From Chrysomallon squamiferum (Eukaryota > Animalia > Mollusca): a stretch of 64,000 bases of DNA. Within the stretch, counting starts at the first letter, position 1. The number at the start of each line of letters is the position of its first letter. Shown here piece by piece: positions 27,207 to 41,260 of this stretch. Position numbers and translations under genes: made by a program. The stretch is from the NCBI GenBank assembly GCA_012295275.1, contig CM022667.1, forward strand, positions 6,138,001 through 6,202,000, given 5' to 3'. Under the pieces are notes generated by a model. It did not search any database and was not told the DNA's origin. It saw only the letters and a list, made by a program, of their open reading frames with translations.

Positions 27207-27862
27207 GCATAATGAAGTAAATAATGAAAAAAATGAAATGATCCAATACCTAAAATATCAACCTTTGAAATGTATAACATTTTGCGGTTACATAATTATA
27301 ACTATATTTATATGTAATGAAAATACTTTTTCACAAACAAGATATAAATAGAAATATTTTGGAATATGAAATTTACTAACCAAACAGGACAAAAATGTAA
27401 ACCGTTCTTAAAACAAAAGAAAACAAAAATAAATATTGGTTACTCAAACACTTTTGACGAGCAGACATTTCCTACGTAACCATTCCAACAGACAACAGAA
27501 CACAAAGTTTTAACATAGCAATATTTTATTTATTCACTTTTAGGATTTACTTGAAAACAAGCTAGTATTTATTGAGTGTATATTATAAAGCTTAACAACA
27601 ATCATAACTAATATATCAAAACCAAATGAGGTAGTAAATAAAGTAAATGAACATATTCAACATCACATTTCTAATAAACTGAGATGTTACTGAAAGAGAA
27701 ACTCTAAAACGAGCCGGAAAGTGAAACAGGCGTGAAACATGAGCAGGTTGTGTGGGAGGAACAATTTACATATAAAAAAGATATATAAACATAAGAAATA
27801 AAGAAAAATTAAAATTAAAATTAGAAAAAGAAAGGAGAAGAAAAAGAAATGATTATACATAA

Positions 27863-28670
<808 letters not shown>

Positions 28671-28809
28671 TTTTTGTTTACTTTTTCTTTTACTTATAAA
28701 ATATAACTTTGAAAGTTTTACAGATAACGTAGTCACTATTACAAAACGCAGTGTAGACGTGTATATATGAATGTTGATGGATATAAAGTGAAAACTAGTA
28801 AAAAGACGT

Positions 28810-28980
28810 AAAACAGAGCTCGCCAACTTGTAAAGCAGAGCTCGCCAACTCGTAAAGCAGAGCTCATTATGACATAAAGCATAGCTCGTTATAACACACA
28901 AAACTGAGTTAATTTAATACGTAAAGCACAGATCACTATGACAGGTCAAAGAGCTCGTTACATGTAAGGCAGAGCTTGTT
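28810..28980 (+). repeat. ~22-bp minisatellite (GTAAAGCAGAGCTCGCCAACTY-like)
   Basis: About 6-7 progressively degenerate units. Confidence 0.8.
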
Positions 28981-29227
28981 GCTTCTACTGCCAAATAACG
29001 TAGTGAATGTAGAGCTGAAGGAATTACTGACAAATAACCTGCTTTGTAGTAATCTCGTTTCATGATGAAATCGCAATTAAGACAAATAATATGTGGTGAA
29101 CTTCATCTCAATATATATTTTGGATGTATAAATAAATATATACTACATCCAAGGCTTTCTGTTTTACATGGAGAGAAGAGATCTCAAAGAACTTAATCTG
29201 CTGTGAGACTGGCATTGAGATACATTG

Positions 29228-30437
29228 GGGTCATTCCGTGTCACATTTGTTTTTTAAACCCGACCGTATAAGATTTTTAAACCCTCATATGTGTGGAACT
29301 ACTGAGCCAATCTTCATAAACTCGGTATTGTTGAAAAGGCAATATGACAAGGATTCCAAATCTGCCATTATTGTTCAGTTTCACGAAGATTGGAATACAC
29401 TGAACTATTTATCTTTGTTATGACCTTGAAACTGACAATGTGGATCACGTGACGGTGAAATGACTTTTCTTGAAATTTAATCTCCCACATGTTAACTAAA
29501 ATATATAAAAGTTCCAAAGGTGTAATTTGTTTTTGTTTAGCACCAATACACATTCAAAGATTGCATGTCCATGCAAATAGCACCTTTTCTGCCACTAACA
29601 TCTGATTAGCTAAAACCTGAACGACCAATTCCTGATGCTACGAATCAACATCTCTCTTGTTCACCAGGTATTATATTGTATGCCTACATGCTACGATAAT
29701 ATGATATTAAACTACTTCCTTCACTGACTTGTCACCAGTTCAGCAGTCAAAGAATCATTCGGTCAACCACTTCCCCCATAGTTTTGCTATTCTAGCATCA
29801 TCCTTTTTACACAGAGAGTAGTAGTAGTAGTAGTGGAGGTGAAGGTAATAACAGGAGCCTAGTAACTACTAGTACCAGCATCACTTATACTAGTGTCAGT
29901 AGAAGAAGATGTAGTATTAGTAGAAACAGTTAGGAACAAAAGGTAGTGGGAATAGACAGAGTAGTAGAAACTTCTAATTGCTATGTGCTCAATGGGGATT
30001 TCACCAAGAGATTTCAAGGAGATCCTGAGATGCCTGAAGCCACACTTCGTATTAACCCTTTGGGCCTGACTGTGTAGAACATCTCATGCCAGTTTGCATA
30101 TTTTCATATCCTTCAGGCATTCCTTCTGACATGTCAGGTGGATTTTGACTCCAAAGATGAGTTTTTTGTCTCAGACATGCATACATGTAGAAAATGTACA
30201 TTGTAATTCAACAATACCAATTTTATGAAGATTGGACCTGTAGTTCCTGAGATATGAGTGTTCAAAGTTTGGTGGTCACGCCCATTTTGGCCGAAAATCT
30301 CAAAATTCAAGGGGCTATATCTCTCAAACCACTGGTCCGATTGGCCTAAAATTTTCCTGTGACATCCCAAACAACGAGTATACCAAGATTCGTGAAAATC
30401 TGAGACGGTCGGGTTTAACCCATTGGGTGAATGACCC
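29228..30437. mobile_element. Non-autonomous Sola2-like DNA transposon
   Basis: Termini GGGTCATTC...GAATGACCC, 4-bp TSD ATTG at 29224-29227 and 30438-30441, and imperfect long inverted subterminal homology. Confidence 0.82.
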
Positions 30438-31016
30438 ATTGTGGAAATAGCTTTACATCCTGTTACTGTCTCTGGTGCAGTCTTACACAAGTTTACAAAG
30501 GTTATGTTACCCTCTACTTTGATAGTGTACTTTACAACAGTTTGCTCTTATTAGCAAGTTAATTTGTTTCACTTCACACATTCACTACTTTCAGCCAATA
30601 AAACCTAACTACAAAATTAAACTCATTTGAAACCCAGAAATTATTACTGGCACTAGAACCTCATAAATAAACACAACAACAAGAGATGATTACAGGGATG
30701 ATTACTTTAGTAGTTGGTGTTTTACAAGGTTGGGGTTATATAACATTCTGTCTTTGTTCATTGCAGCTTGTTTTAAAGTGTTTTTACATTGTTACAAATC
30801 AGTCAAACAGCCACAATTTTCACTGCAGTAATTATATCTGAATGTAGCTGTTTAAAATTCCAGTCATATTTATACACCTTGATGTAAAACCTGTTTGGAA
30901 TTTGAAACATCAATGGTTAACATTTAGACTTTCCAAATCTGTCATAATCAAGGCAATGTTAGTATTTTGAAATCCATTACTGACAGCAACAATTGTTAAA
31001 AATATTGTTTATTCAC

Positions 31017-31043
31017 CGTTGCTGCAATTTAGCATAGAGAGGA

Positions 31044-31090
<47 letters not shown>

Positions 31091-31129
31091 TGATGATGAT
31101 GATGATGATGATAGTAGTTGATGATGTAA
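31017..31129 (-). CDS. Gene C candidate TM exon formed by an (ATC)8(ATT)15 microsatellite, with an in-frame TAA
   Basis: Acceptor tttttattattttcag, donor acg|gtgaat, 113 nt, phase 1/0. Reads VTSSTT-I23-SSLC*IAAT. Confidence 0.5.
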
Positions 31130-31907
31130 CTGAAAATAATAAAAACTGCATTACAAATGATTAGGCTTTTAAGTTTTGGTTGAAATATAATATAATTGTT
31201 ATGTTATGGTAAAGTTAGCACAGCACAATTAATTATTTGTATCCATCACCAACACCAGTAATGATCTTGATAAACAACAAGCTGCAGGGGAGATGTGTGA
31301 TAAATGGAATGAAGCACAAAGTACGCTTAGTACACGCAGAATTTTAATCAATGTCATAATACTTATTTGAAAATATAAAAAATATAAACAAGTATATGGT
31401 TAGAAAATCAACTTTTGCTTCAGTTTTACTGTAATTTATTTTTATTAATCTTCTTATCTTCTTAGTTTTCATAATAAGCTGACAATTCTGTTATAATTGT
31501 TTCATTTGTTTCTAAATTTGGAAAATATTAATCATGTAGCACTTTTTTCATATTAATATTGGAAACTGAGAATCATTACACACACAGTTGTTGTTGAATC
31601 TATGATGATTAAAGTTGAATCTATGAAATTAAAAAGAAAAATTTAAATGAAATGATTATTTTTGTTTTATATTTGTGTTTTGTTTTGTTGTTGTTTATTT
31701 ATTTTTATTTTTTAATGAGTGCATTAGATATGTGTGCTTTTTGTTGTTTCCAGTTTCTGTTTATTGGAATAAAAATAAAGTTGGACTTCAATTTTTAAGC
31801 AAACCATTTTTACACAGGACAAATAAAAAACAGATACAAACATGACATGTTTACATATTGTGCATAAGAAAATGTTTGTAAAAGTCAGATGTTAAACCTA
31901 TTAATAA

Positions 31908-31954
<47 letters not shown>

Positions 31955-32549
31955 TCACTCAAACATAAAAACATGCATCAATTATTAATTTGTATGCATT
32001 TATTTGTCCACTTCAGAAAAAATAAAAATTAAATAAATAACAATATAATAAACCAACAGTTTTATAAAGGACAATTCAAGAAAGAGACTATTTTAAATAA
32101 GTTGATATATCTCTAATATTTTCTCTATAATCAAATGAGAAATTATACATAATTGGTTCAGGAAAGTATGTACTCAACTGGTGTTATGAAATTAAAGTAG
32201 AAACACATCAAACATATACTCTATGAAAATGGGTTCTAAATAAGCAATAAGCTTTATGAGAACGAAGGTCTATCCAAGTTATAACAATAAAACAAAGTTT
32301 ACTGATATTCTCTGCATGATCAATTTTGTTTTAATATAAATCCAGTACTTGAAGTGTACTGATTGAGAGTTTTATTTTTCTGAATAATAATAATAATAAT
32401 AATTAATGAAAAATAAGAAAGAAATAAAGGGTTAAAGTTGCTAAAAAAAAGTAATATTTGAATTACAGCTCTGTCTATTATTTTTATAAAATATCTCTTG
32501 TTATTTTTGTATCATGGAAATTAAATATTTGAATATATCATTAGCAGTT

Positions 32550-35380
32550 CAGTTAGGAGTCACTGTTTTCAGTATATAATTTAATAAAAAATACTTCATA
32601 AGTTCCATGCAATTAATGGGATTTTTAATGGTACTGATCTGATAAATCATCCTGAAATCATGCTGAATTTAATAGAGAGGGTGCTGATTAAGCTAATGAA
32701 TTAAATTTGCATGAAGAAAGATGGAAGCAGGAAAGAAAAGGGACATATTATTAAAACAGATGTTTATAAGGCTTGAGATTATGTATTAATTGAATACATT
32801 ACATTGAGGATGAATTTAACAAATGTAATCAGATTAAGATCATGAACTGCAAAAGATATTACTAACAATCAAAACAATTATTATAATAATATAATGATTT
32901 TTTGTTTGCATTAGAAAATTATATTTCTGGAAAATAAATTATAATTAAAATTAAAATGAAAATTGTTTTCAATTTTTTTTTGTGGCTTAGATTCAGAAAA
33001 GGAATTACTGTTTCAGGAAACAGAAATTAAAAAATATCAGGCAACAAGTCTGTTGAGAATAATAGAAAAAATGGATTGAAACTGGAAAAGAGATACATTC
33101 ACTTAGCTTAGATCATTTCATAACAGTGTTATAAATGAATTTGTAATCAATAGTCTTTATTTATTTACAGCACAGACATAACTGTAAATAATATGAATTT
33201 AGTCAGGCTGTGGAAAAACATTTTTGCCAGCTGCTTTTGTGCCCATTTCAAAAGTTTTAATTTTGATCTCCTCTAATTACAGTTACCTCCAGTTTGGTCT
33301 TTTATATATAGTTGTGGTTTAATTGTCACGTGAATATTAATGAATCATATCTGAAATGGAATATTTTCACACTCTGCTGAGTAATTATAAAGAACTAACT
33401 TCATTTAGTTTCACTGTGTAAGAATATTTGAGACAACTGTACCTGCTGACTAAACTCATAACAAGATCACAGACCACTGGATAAGATTCTCTTCCTAATG
33501 CAAATTTTATTATTATTTTTTTTTTCTCCACAGTGATGAAATGACCTGATCTGAATAAAGAAATAACCTACCAGATTTAGGTGTTGTTGTTGAACCTAAG
33601 ATATTTAATTATTTTTAAAAAAAAAAAAAAAAAAATAAAAAATATAAGGAGTTGAAAGAAAGTCAGTATACAATTACACATATCAATAAGTTTAATAAAT
33701 ACACAAACAGATATATTAATCAAATTAATATGATTATTACTTTTACTCTGGAAAATAAATGGATTACAAGTATGTGGCTAGCATAATATATATTTATTCA
33801 TATCTTATGCACCTTATGTCTTTGTATGGTAAAAGATAATAACATAAAAATGGTATACAATAAATGTTATATTCTTGTATTAATAAAATTCCTTTCATGG
33901 TGAAAATATATTTAATTTCATTTATAATAATATATTCTTTACACATTAATATTTATCGGCAGTGCAGGAAGGATGAGATAGTCTTGTGTCAGTGAACTCC
34001 GACTGTTCTCATTTTGATGAAATGCGATCATCTTAGGCAGATATGGAAAGAATATTTGGTCAAATAAGTGTGATGGAACCATTTCAATTCCATCCTGAAT
34101 TTGTTTTGAAATTCAGAGAATTACAGAATTTTATCATAAATTATAATTTAAAGATAGTGTGATACTTTCTGTGTAGCTCTTTGTGCTATGATTTTACTGA
34201 TTTTGGTTTTGAGTTTTTAAATAAAGGATGTTCACCATTTTGGTATATTTAACTTTGCTTGACACTCAATAGCTGATGTATATATAAATATATATTTTTT
34301 TGTGCTGGTTTGTCTTTAAACATTCATCCATTTATATTAATATTGTGACTAAACATCTAAAAAGAAAGACCAGCTGCAGGAAATTATATAGTATGATGAA
34401 TGGAATGGAATGAAACTGTATAAAGACACAAGTATCCATTTCATTTCACAAAACAGTTAATATAAACTAAAGAAAAATATAAAAATATATATATTAAAAT
34501 AAGTAAGAAATAAAAAGATAAAAATTCCAAGGATCCTGTGTGCAATAAATAAAAGTACTACTGATGAAAGAGTAGTGTTCAAATACAGCTATGACTGTTT
34601 TTTCATAAAACATCTGGTATTTATTTCAGGTTGGAAACTAAACATTTCTACAGATCACTACCAGTTTAGAAGGGAATCACTGTTTTCAGTTAGTAACTTA
34701 ATTAAAGTACTTCACATATTCCCTATGGTTAATGGGAATTGTAATGACACAGATCTTTTTATTCAATGAATTTTAGAAAGCAAATGTTTAATTTAATAGG
34801 TGAGGGTGCTGAATAAATTGATAAATGATGTTTCCTAAAGAAATAAGCAAAGTGGGAAAGAGAAGGGAAATACCAAAGAAAGATAAGGTTTATAAGGTTT
34901 GAAATTACACATTAATTAAATACATTACTTTGAAGATGAATTTAACAAATGCAGTCACAAACATTAAGCTATCCTGAATTGTGTAACATATTGCTAACAA
35001 TACAAAAACAATTATTGTTGAAATTATAATGGTATTTTATGTTAGTAAACTATGATATTTTGGAAAAATAAGTTAAAACATTCTGACATTAAAATGAAAT
35101 TTGTTTTCTTTAATTGTGTTTTATTTGGCTTAGATTAAGAAAAGGAATTTCTATTATATTCTTACTGTTTTAATTACCAGAAAAAAATAACAAGCTAAAG
35201 GACTGTTGAGAATAACAGAAAAAATAGTAGTAAACTGGAAAAGCAGATGCATTCAATTAGCTTTGATCATTTCATAACAGTGTTATAAATGGATTTCTCA
35301 TCAATAATCATTATTTATTTACAGTAATGTACAGTTGTAAATAATATGAATTTAAGGTGTGGCAGAACATTTTTGCCAGT
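32550..35380 (+). repeat. Two diverged ~700-bp direct repeats (32550-33235 and 34660-35380)
   Basis: Shared blocks gatcatttcataacagtgttataaatg, gatgaatttaacaaatg and aacatttttgccag. Confidence 0.88.
33572..33595 (-). CDS. Gene C 24-nt Ser/Thr/Pro stalk microexon
   Basis: cttag acceptor, gtaggt donor, phase 1/1. Reads SSTTTPKS. Confidence 0.62.
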
Positions 35381-36019
35381 TGGTACCACTCCAGTATGTC
35401 TAATTTGAATATGTGCGAACACTAATTTTTACAATATTATTTTATTCCTTTGATCACAATGACCAGCTGTTTTGTTTCAATGAAATCTTAGGCTGATATC
35501 TATTCAGGGAAAAAAAGAAAAAGAAAGTTAAAAGAAAAAGAACGTGACTAATAAAATGTGTGCTGATCTCATTGATAGGTTTATTTCTATGACCGTGATT
35601 TGACTTGTTCACATGTACTAATACCTTAGGTGGTCCAAATTCCAAAAAGGTAACTAACAGTTAATGCATAATTTGTTTCCAGTTACTGTTCAACAGTGAA
35701 ACTTCTAATGGACAGATGGATACTATCAGATGAAGGAACAGTGCAGATGTTTAACTTGCTGTAAGACTGATGACAAATATTGCAGACAAGCAAATATGGA
35801 CATTTCCGAACCCATCATGTACATGTATACAAATGAATGTATGCTTGTGCATGTATCTACTATTATGTATATATTAGGTGTGCACATATATACAGCCACA
35901 GACACACATACACCTTATCTTTCATTTTTTAAATTACTTTACTGATGATTTGTATGCAGAAGAAAATTTTAGTTGCCATAAGTGGAAAATAATTATAGGA
36001 AAGTTCATTTGTTTCGAAA

Positions 36020-36150
36020 ATGCATGGATAATTATTTGAACCGTCATATCTCAGGAACTACTGGGCCATTCTTCATAAAATTGGTATTGTTGAAAAGACA
36101 ATATGACAAGGATTCCAAGTCTGCTATTATTGAAATGTAATCTCCCACTG
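36020..36150 (+). mobile_element. Sola2-like subterminal fragment
   Basis: Matches 29280-29375 (tcttcataaa..ggtattgttgaaaag.caatatgacaaggattccaa). Confidence 0.7.
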
Positions 36151-36308
36151 TATAACATTTCATTATTACATTTATTAGCTCTAATAACAATAATTACATA
36201 TATTAATATATTTTTTTTTAACTAATTATAGTTCTAGTATACATTGTAACATCAGCTGTGAATAATAATATACAAACATCAATACAAAACCAAACATGTT
36301 AAACTTAC

Positions 36309-36617
36309 TTAATTCAGTTTTGGTACAAGTTGATGGATTTCCATTTGCTCCATCCTGGCATTTCCATATTCCAACATCTGTACCATTGTTGAAAGACTCA
36401 ATAGTTAGAGTTATCTGTGTTTGTGAGTCAACAACAGCAGAGTAACCAGGTTGTCCTACACACCGAGTAGTGTCTGAGTTACACGACACAACTTGTCTTC
36501 TTCCTGGTGCTATGAAGATGATTCCCCTGGTGACTGAACCAGTTATTTTACACACCAACTGTGTACTGTGTCCTTGTTGTCCACCACCCATACAGTCAAG
36601 TGTTGTAGTAGCCTCAC
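36309..36617 (-). CDS. Gene C V-type Ig exon
   Basis: tacag acceptor, gtaagt donor, 309 nt, phase 1/1, open. Reads TQLVCKITG...ITLTIESFNNGTDVGIWKCQDG. Confidence 0.9.
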
Positions 36618-37771
36618 CTGTAATTATTATTAAATACCAGGTATATCTATTATTTTTAATATCGGAGTTACTTTAGATACTGTAAACAAGTTGTAAGAAG
36701 AAAGCCTCGAAGAAAAGCATGCCAGATTAATTAACAATGCATGGAACTGTGTTGTGGGTTTTTCCTGAATGAAGATTAAATGGATAGCAACACCTATTTT
36801 CCAGAGCAGAACATTTTATCAGAAGTTCATGGTATACACTAAGTGTCTTAATATTTTAGTTTTTATTATTTATGCCTCCATGGAACATCAGCAGTTGATA
36901 GCTTTGGTTTCTTTTGAAGATTTTAGTGCATAATTAAGTTTGTATGTTTAATAGCTTTGTAATTATTCATCTGAATAAAAAGTATTTAATATCATAATTG
37001 TAGGTACATTGTAAATGTTTGATTCGAACCTTGTGAGGCATATCCTTTTTAAATTTTAACCTAAAAATAACAGATTTTATTTCAAGACTAATTTCAGTGG
37101 TAAAGGATATAGAACTATTTACTTTCACATAATTTAGTAAGCATTTGATTATCAGTACCAAAGCTCAGAATAGTTTGATTTGGGATGATTTTTTATTTAT
37201 CAACACTGACATGTGGAGCATAATGCACTGATATGCATAAATTGTGAATTATGCATTAATGCTTCTAACATGCATTTTCATACCACATGCATCCAAATTT
37301 CTTTAAACTATGTTTAATATATGCAAAACATATATTATTGCTTCCGTTCCAAGCTACATTTAAATGAATTTTCTGATCTGTAAAAACAAAATATATATAT
37401 ATGTCTAAATTTTATATGTTGTTAGTAACATCCTGGCCTGTAATGTTTATAACTGAAGTTCACTTCAAAAATGTGATCCAGAATGTACAAATGGTTATGA
37501 ATTGTTCACATGGTCCTCTAGAGTAACAGGCCAGTGTTTTCATATATTATGTAGACACAAATACATGCTGTCATATCTGATTAGCCTACATTTAACAATT
37601 TATGAAAACTGAGATCATACAAACATTTCCTGAGATGATCATAAAGTGATATTTATCTTGAAAACAAATACCACACATACACACACAAACAAAACTGAAT
37701 GAAAAACGTTATGAAAATATTACATTATGATTTCACCTTTAAATGTACATAAAATTCAAATTCTTATTTAC

Positions 37772-37838
37772 CTTTAATCAAGTTAACAGCAACAGCAGAT
37801 ATGATCAGAGTAACTTCAGCGAACATTTTAAGAACCAT
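37772..37838 (-). CDS. Gene C signal-peptide exon
   Basis: Acceptor at 37845. Reads MVLKMFAEVTLIISAVAVNLIKG then gtaaat, phase 1. Confidence 0.85.
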
Positions 37839-39323
37839 ATTCACCTGTTAAAAATAAATTTACTTTAAAAACAAAATACAGTTACTGAATATCATGTTAG
37901 TGCAATGATGAGTAGTGACGTGTGACTAATAAAATAATTATCATATCTCCTCATGACCAGTGTTGCCATCTTCTCTTAGAGTTAAACAAGATTTTTTCTG
38001 GTCAAAGACCAGAGTGCAATCCTTGCTTTCTGAGGAGTTTCTGTTAAACTCTAGGCAGCAATTGCCATATATGGTCATGACAGATGATTTTCTACACAAG
38101 TATTATCCATGACTTATTCTGTATTTTTACAAATTCTGAAGTAAAACTATAAAATGATCTGTTCATCCACAGTGTTTCAGCAATTAATTATGAATTAACA
38201 ATGATTGTTGAAGGATTGCTTCATGGTACTAAATCACAGTCAAAGGTTTTGCCTGAGCAATTTTATAAAAATTATACAGCTATGAAAATAATATTTTTTC
38301 ACTTTAGTGTTGTTCTTTTTATTTATTTATATTGTAGGAAAGATAATATCATGGGTTTGATGAAAACAATTGAGAAAAATCACATTTTTTGTTGAACTTT
38401 ACTTCATTTAGTTAAAACATTTCTGTAAATAGCAACAAGTTGTCAATGTGATAACTTTGGTATAGTTACATTTTAGTTATATGAAAATTTATAGTGGAAA
38501 TAAGATCAAATTATCTTTAAGTTTTAAAAGGAGCAAAATAATAAAAACATGTTTAGAACTCATTCATGTCAAATGATTTAATTTAAATCTATCATTATAT
38601 TTGTTTTTTCTTTTTTGCTTACAAAAGGATTATTTATATAAATATTCTATATGACTTTATTAATTTGTAATACCAGTTTAAGCTCAATCAGTTAAACAAC
38701 TATAACAGTATGAGAATTCTAAAATATGCTTTTGACATCATATTTGCAAATGACAAGTTATAATATTATTTGATGAATTATTTCTACTTATTAAAATTGT
38801 TGTTATTATGATTTATAATTAGCATTAATAAAATCACACAAATAATACAACCTAAGTCTTTTTGGTGGATTATTTCTTAATTTTAGCTTTATTATCAGTT
38901 ACCAAATATATATATAAATAAAATTTTAAGAAATAATAATAAACTTCAAAAGTATTTCCACTGTGTGTGCAGTCCATATTTATTTAAGTTATTTTTTGTT
39001 GCATAAGGGCATATCAGTGAATCAGTTGGTTTGTTTTAGTTACATAATTTTATGTAACTAAATATAATAAATAGCAAATTAATAGAATTCGATACTTATA
39101 AACAGATATAACAATAATATTTATAATAATATTGTTATTCTTTATAATGTACATTTATCGAGTCCTGTAAGTGTAACACATTTATAAATCTGAATTTTGT
39201 GTAGTCTACTATCTGCCATAATAATTTTATATATATATATCAGTAAAGAATTTTAATGTTTACAAAATTAATTTAAAAAAAAATAATATAAATAATAAAT
39301 TGATAATTAAAAACAGAACTCAC

Positions 39324-39771
39324 ACATTCGTTTGACAGAATCATGGCAAATGCAGGAAGTAAATTATCGAAGGTGTGCCTTTGAGAGTAATTCGTTGGTA
39401 TTCAATCTCGTTTTGGTATGTATTAGTTATGTTTCTTTAATGCGATTTAGATTATTTATTCTTAAACTGGTTTGTGAGACAACTAAACAACAATTTCAGT
39501 TCTTACAGATACAGGCATTATTATTTCTGAAATGAAGTATATGTTCAAGAGCTCTAAAATGTTCGAGAACACGAATAATAAATTAATTACTTTCTAAAGT
39601 TTCTATGATGAATGCCCTCCTTTATCATGATAATTGTGATAAACAAACATACCCAGTGGCTGTCTCTGCGTTTCTAAATCTAAATCAGTTCACATCATCG
39701 CATTCGACCAATTCAGCCTCGTTTTTGTTTCTGTGTCAGTGGGGAAAAAGGAAAACATAGTTTCGTAAAAG
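39324..39771. promoter_or_regulatory. Putative bidirectional promoter and gene C non-coding first exon
   Basis: Minus-strand donor gtgagt at 39323-39318, ETS core CAGGAAGT at 39353-39360, and the gene B ATG at 39772. Confidence 0.5.
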
Positions 39772-39820
39772 ATGGATTTCAGGTGTTTGCTTCTCCTACT
39801 GCATTTTGATATTTGCTTAG
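39772..39820 (+). CDS. Gene B signal-peptide exon
   Basis: Reads MDFRCLLLLLHFDICLG then gtaagt, 49 nt, phase 1. Homologous to the gene A leader. Confidence 0.88.
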
Positions 39821-40109
39821 GTAAGTTTCATTCTTTACTAACATTTTTATTCAGATCTAAATTCAATGTTATCTCGTTAATTGTTTAAAAGTCATTGTAG
39901 GAAGGAAAAGAAAGGTACGAAAATAAAAATTCAAATTTCTATAATTATTAATTGTACTAAATTCTAGTACTTAGCAATACTAATTCTAATAGGAAGAATC
40001 CGATCGTTGTCCGCAGTATTATCTCTGTAAATAATTTTTGTTTGCTGTGCACTTGTGGAAGAAAGAAATTAAGAACTGATCTTATTTTTAATTTTATGAA
40101 TTACATTAA

Positions 40110-41260
40110 TTAGCATGGACCAATAGGAACGATAACTCGTAACGGCACAAATTACGCCATGGAAAAAAGCCTCAAGAAATGTCGCCGATTTAATGGGTAC
40201 AAACAACACCTGAATGTTCTTTTCTGCTGGGTACTGACAGGGGGAACATTGACAACTACAAAAGTCGAAACCTTTTTCTTTTTTTTTTAACTTTGACGTC
40301 ATACCTGATGATACCATCTCGTACGTTTCGTACTATATATTTTTTCAGATATTATTACAACGTCGCCAGCCAAAACAATAAAATAAAATAAAATAAAATA
40401 AAATAATGAATGTTCACAGACTCTGGCGCTTGAATATGAAGATGTCTATTCTCATTAGGTATTGTAATGTGGACACGTTACTCTGCTAAAACTCTATAGG
40501 AAACCGTTCTGAGTACGAACTTCAACTTGTAAAACGATACCTGAAACCATTATAAGGCCGGGTGATGGACCTGTAATATAAAAACAAATAAAATAAAAAA
40601 AATAAAAATCTGTTGTAAAACTGATTCAATTGTTATAATGAATGTATCAATGCAATCAGTCAAATAAAACGTGATCAGTTTGCTTTTTACATGTAAATAC
40701 CTAAATAAAGAAATATATATATATTTTAAATTACAGGTCCATCACCCGGCCTTGTAATTTTTTTTTTATTAAATTACATTTTCACTCTTTTTCCTTAAAA
40801 CAAAAAACATTCAACTTTTAAAACGTGATATATTATGAATGCAAACAATGAGTTTCCTATTTTTATTTTAAAACAAAAAATCATTGGTCCATGCTAATAG
40901 CAGACAGTTCTGAGTGTGTAGCTGTAAAACAATACTTCAAACCATTAAAATTCTTTTTGATATATATATATATATATATATTTTTATTTCCATTTTGAAT
41001 GAATTAGAGGTCATATAAAAAGCAATCTGATCATCTGTTATTTGAATGATTGCCTTGATGCATTCATTATAATCCTTGAATTGGTTTTAAAAAATTAATT
41101 ATATATCCATCACCTAGCCTTATAAAATTTTTTTATTAAAAATTAAATTTTGACTCTTTTTTTGTTGAAACAAAAAGCATTCAACTTCTAAAACATGAGC
41201 TTTTATGTATGCAATGAGTTTCCTATTTTTATTCTAAAAAAATCATTGGTTCATGCTACA
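40110..41260 (+). repeat. Intron-1 segment shared with 19130-20320, internally duplicated
   Basis: The 3' block occurs twice (40730-40895 and 41100-41260). Confidence 0.85.
40554..40754. mobile_element. MITE-like inverted repeat
   Basis: AAGGCCGGGTGATGGACCTGTAA...TTACAGGTCCATCACCCGGCCTT, flanked by TA. Confidence 0.75.

Noticed and set aside
27444-27471. Additional gene C microexon
   Set aside because: The acceptor is weak and the phase does not fit the neighbouring exons.
27717-27727. Perfect ISRE-like GAAAGTGAAAC
   Set aside because: It lies beside a repeat in an intron, and such motifs are expected by chance in 64 kb of AT-rich DNA.
28810-28980. CRISPR-like array
   Set aside because: The context is eukaryotic and the units are contiguous degenerate 22-mers without unique spacers.
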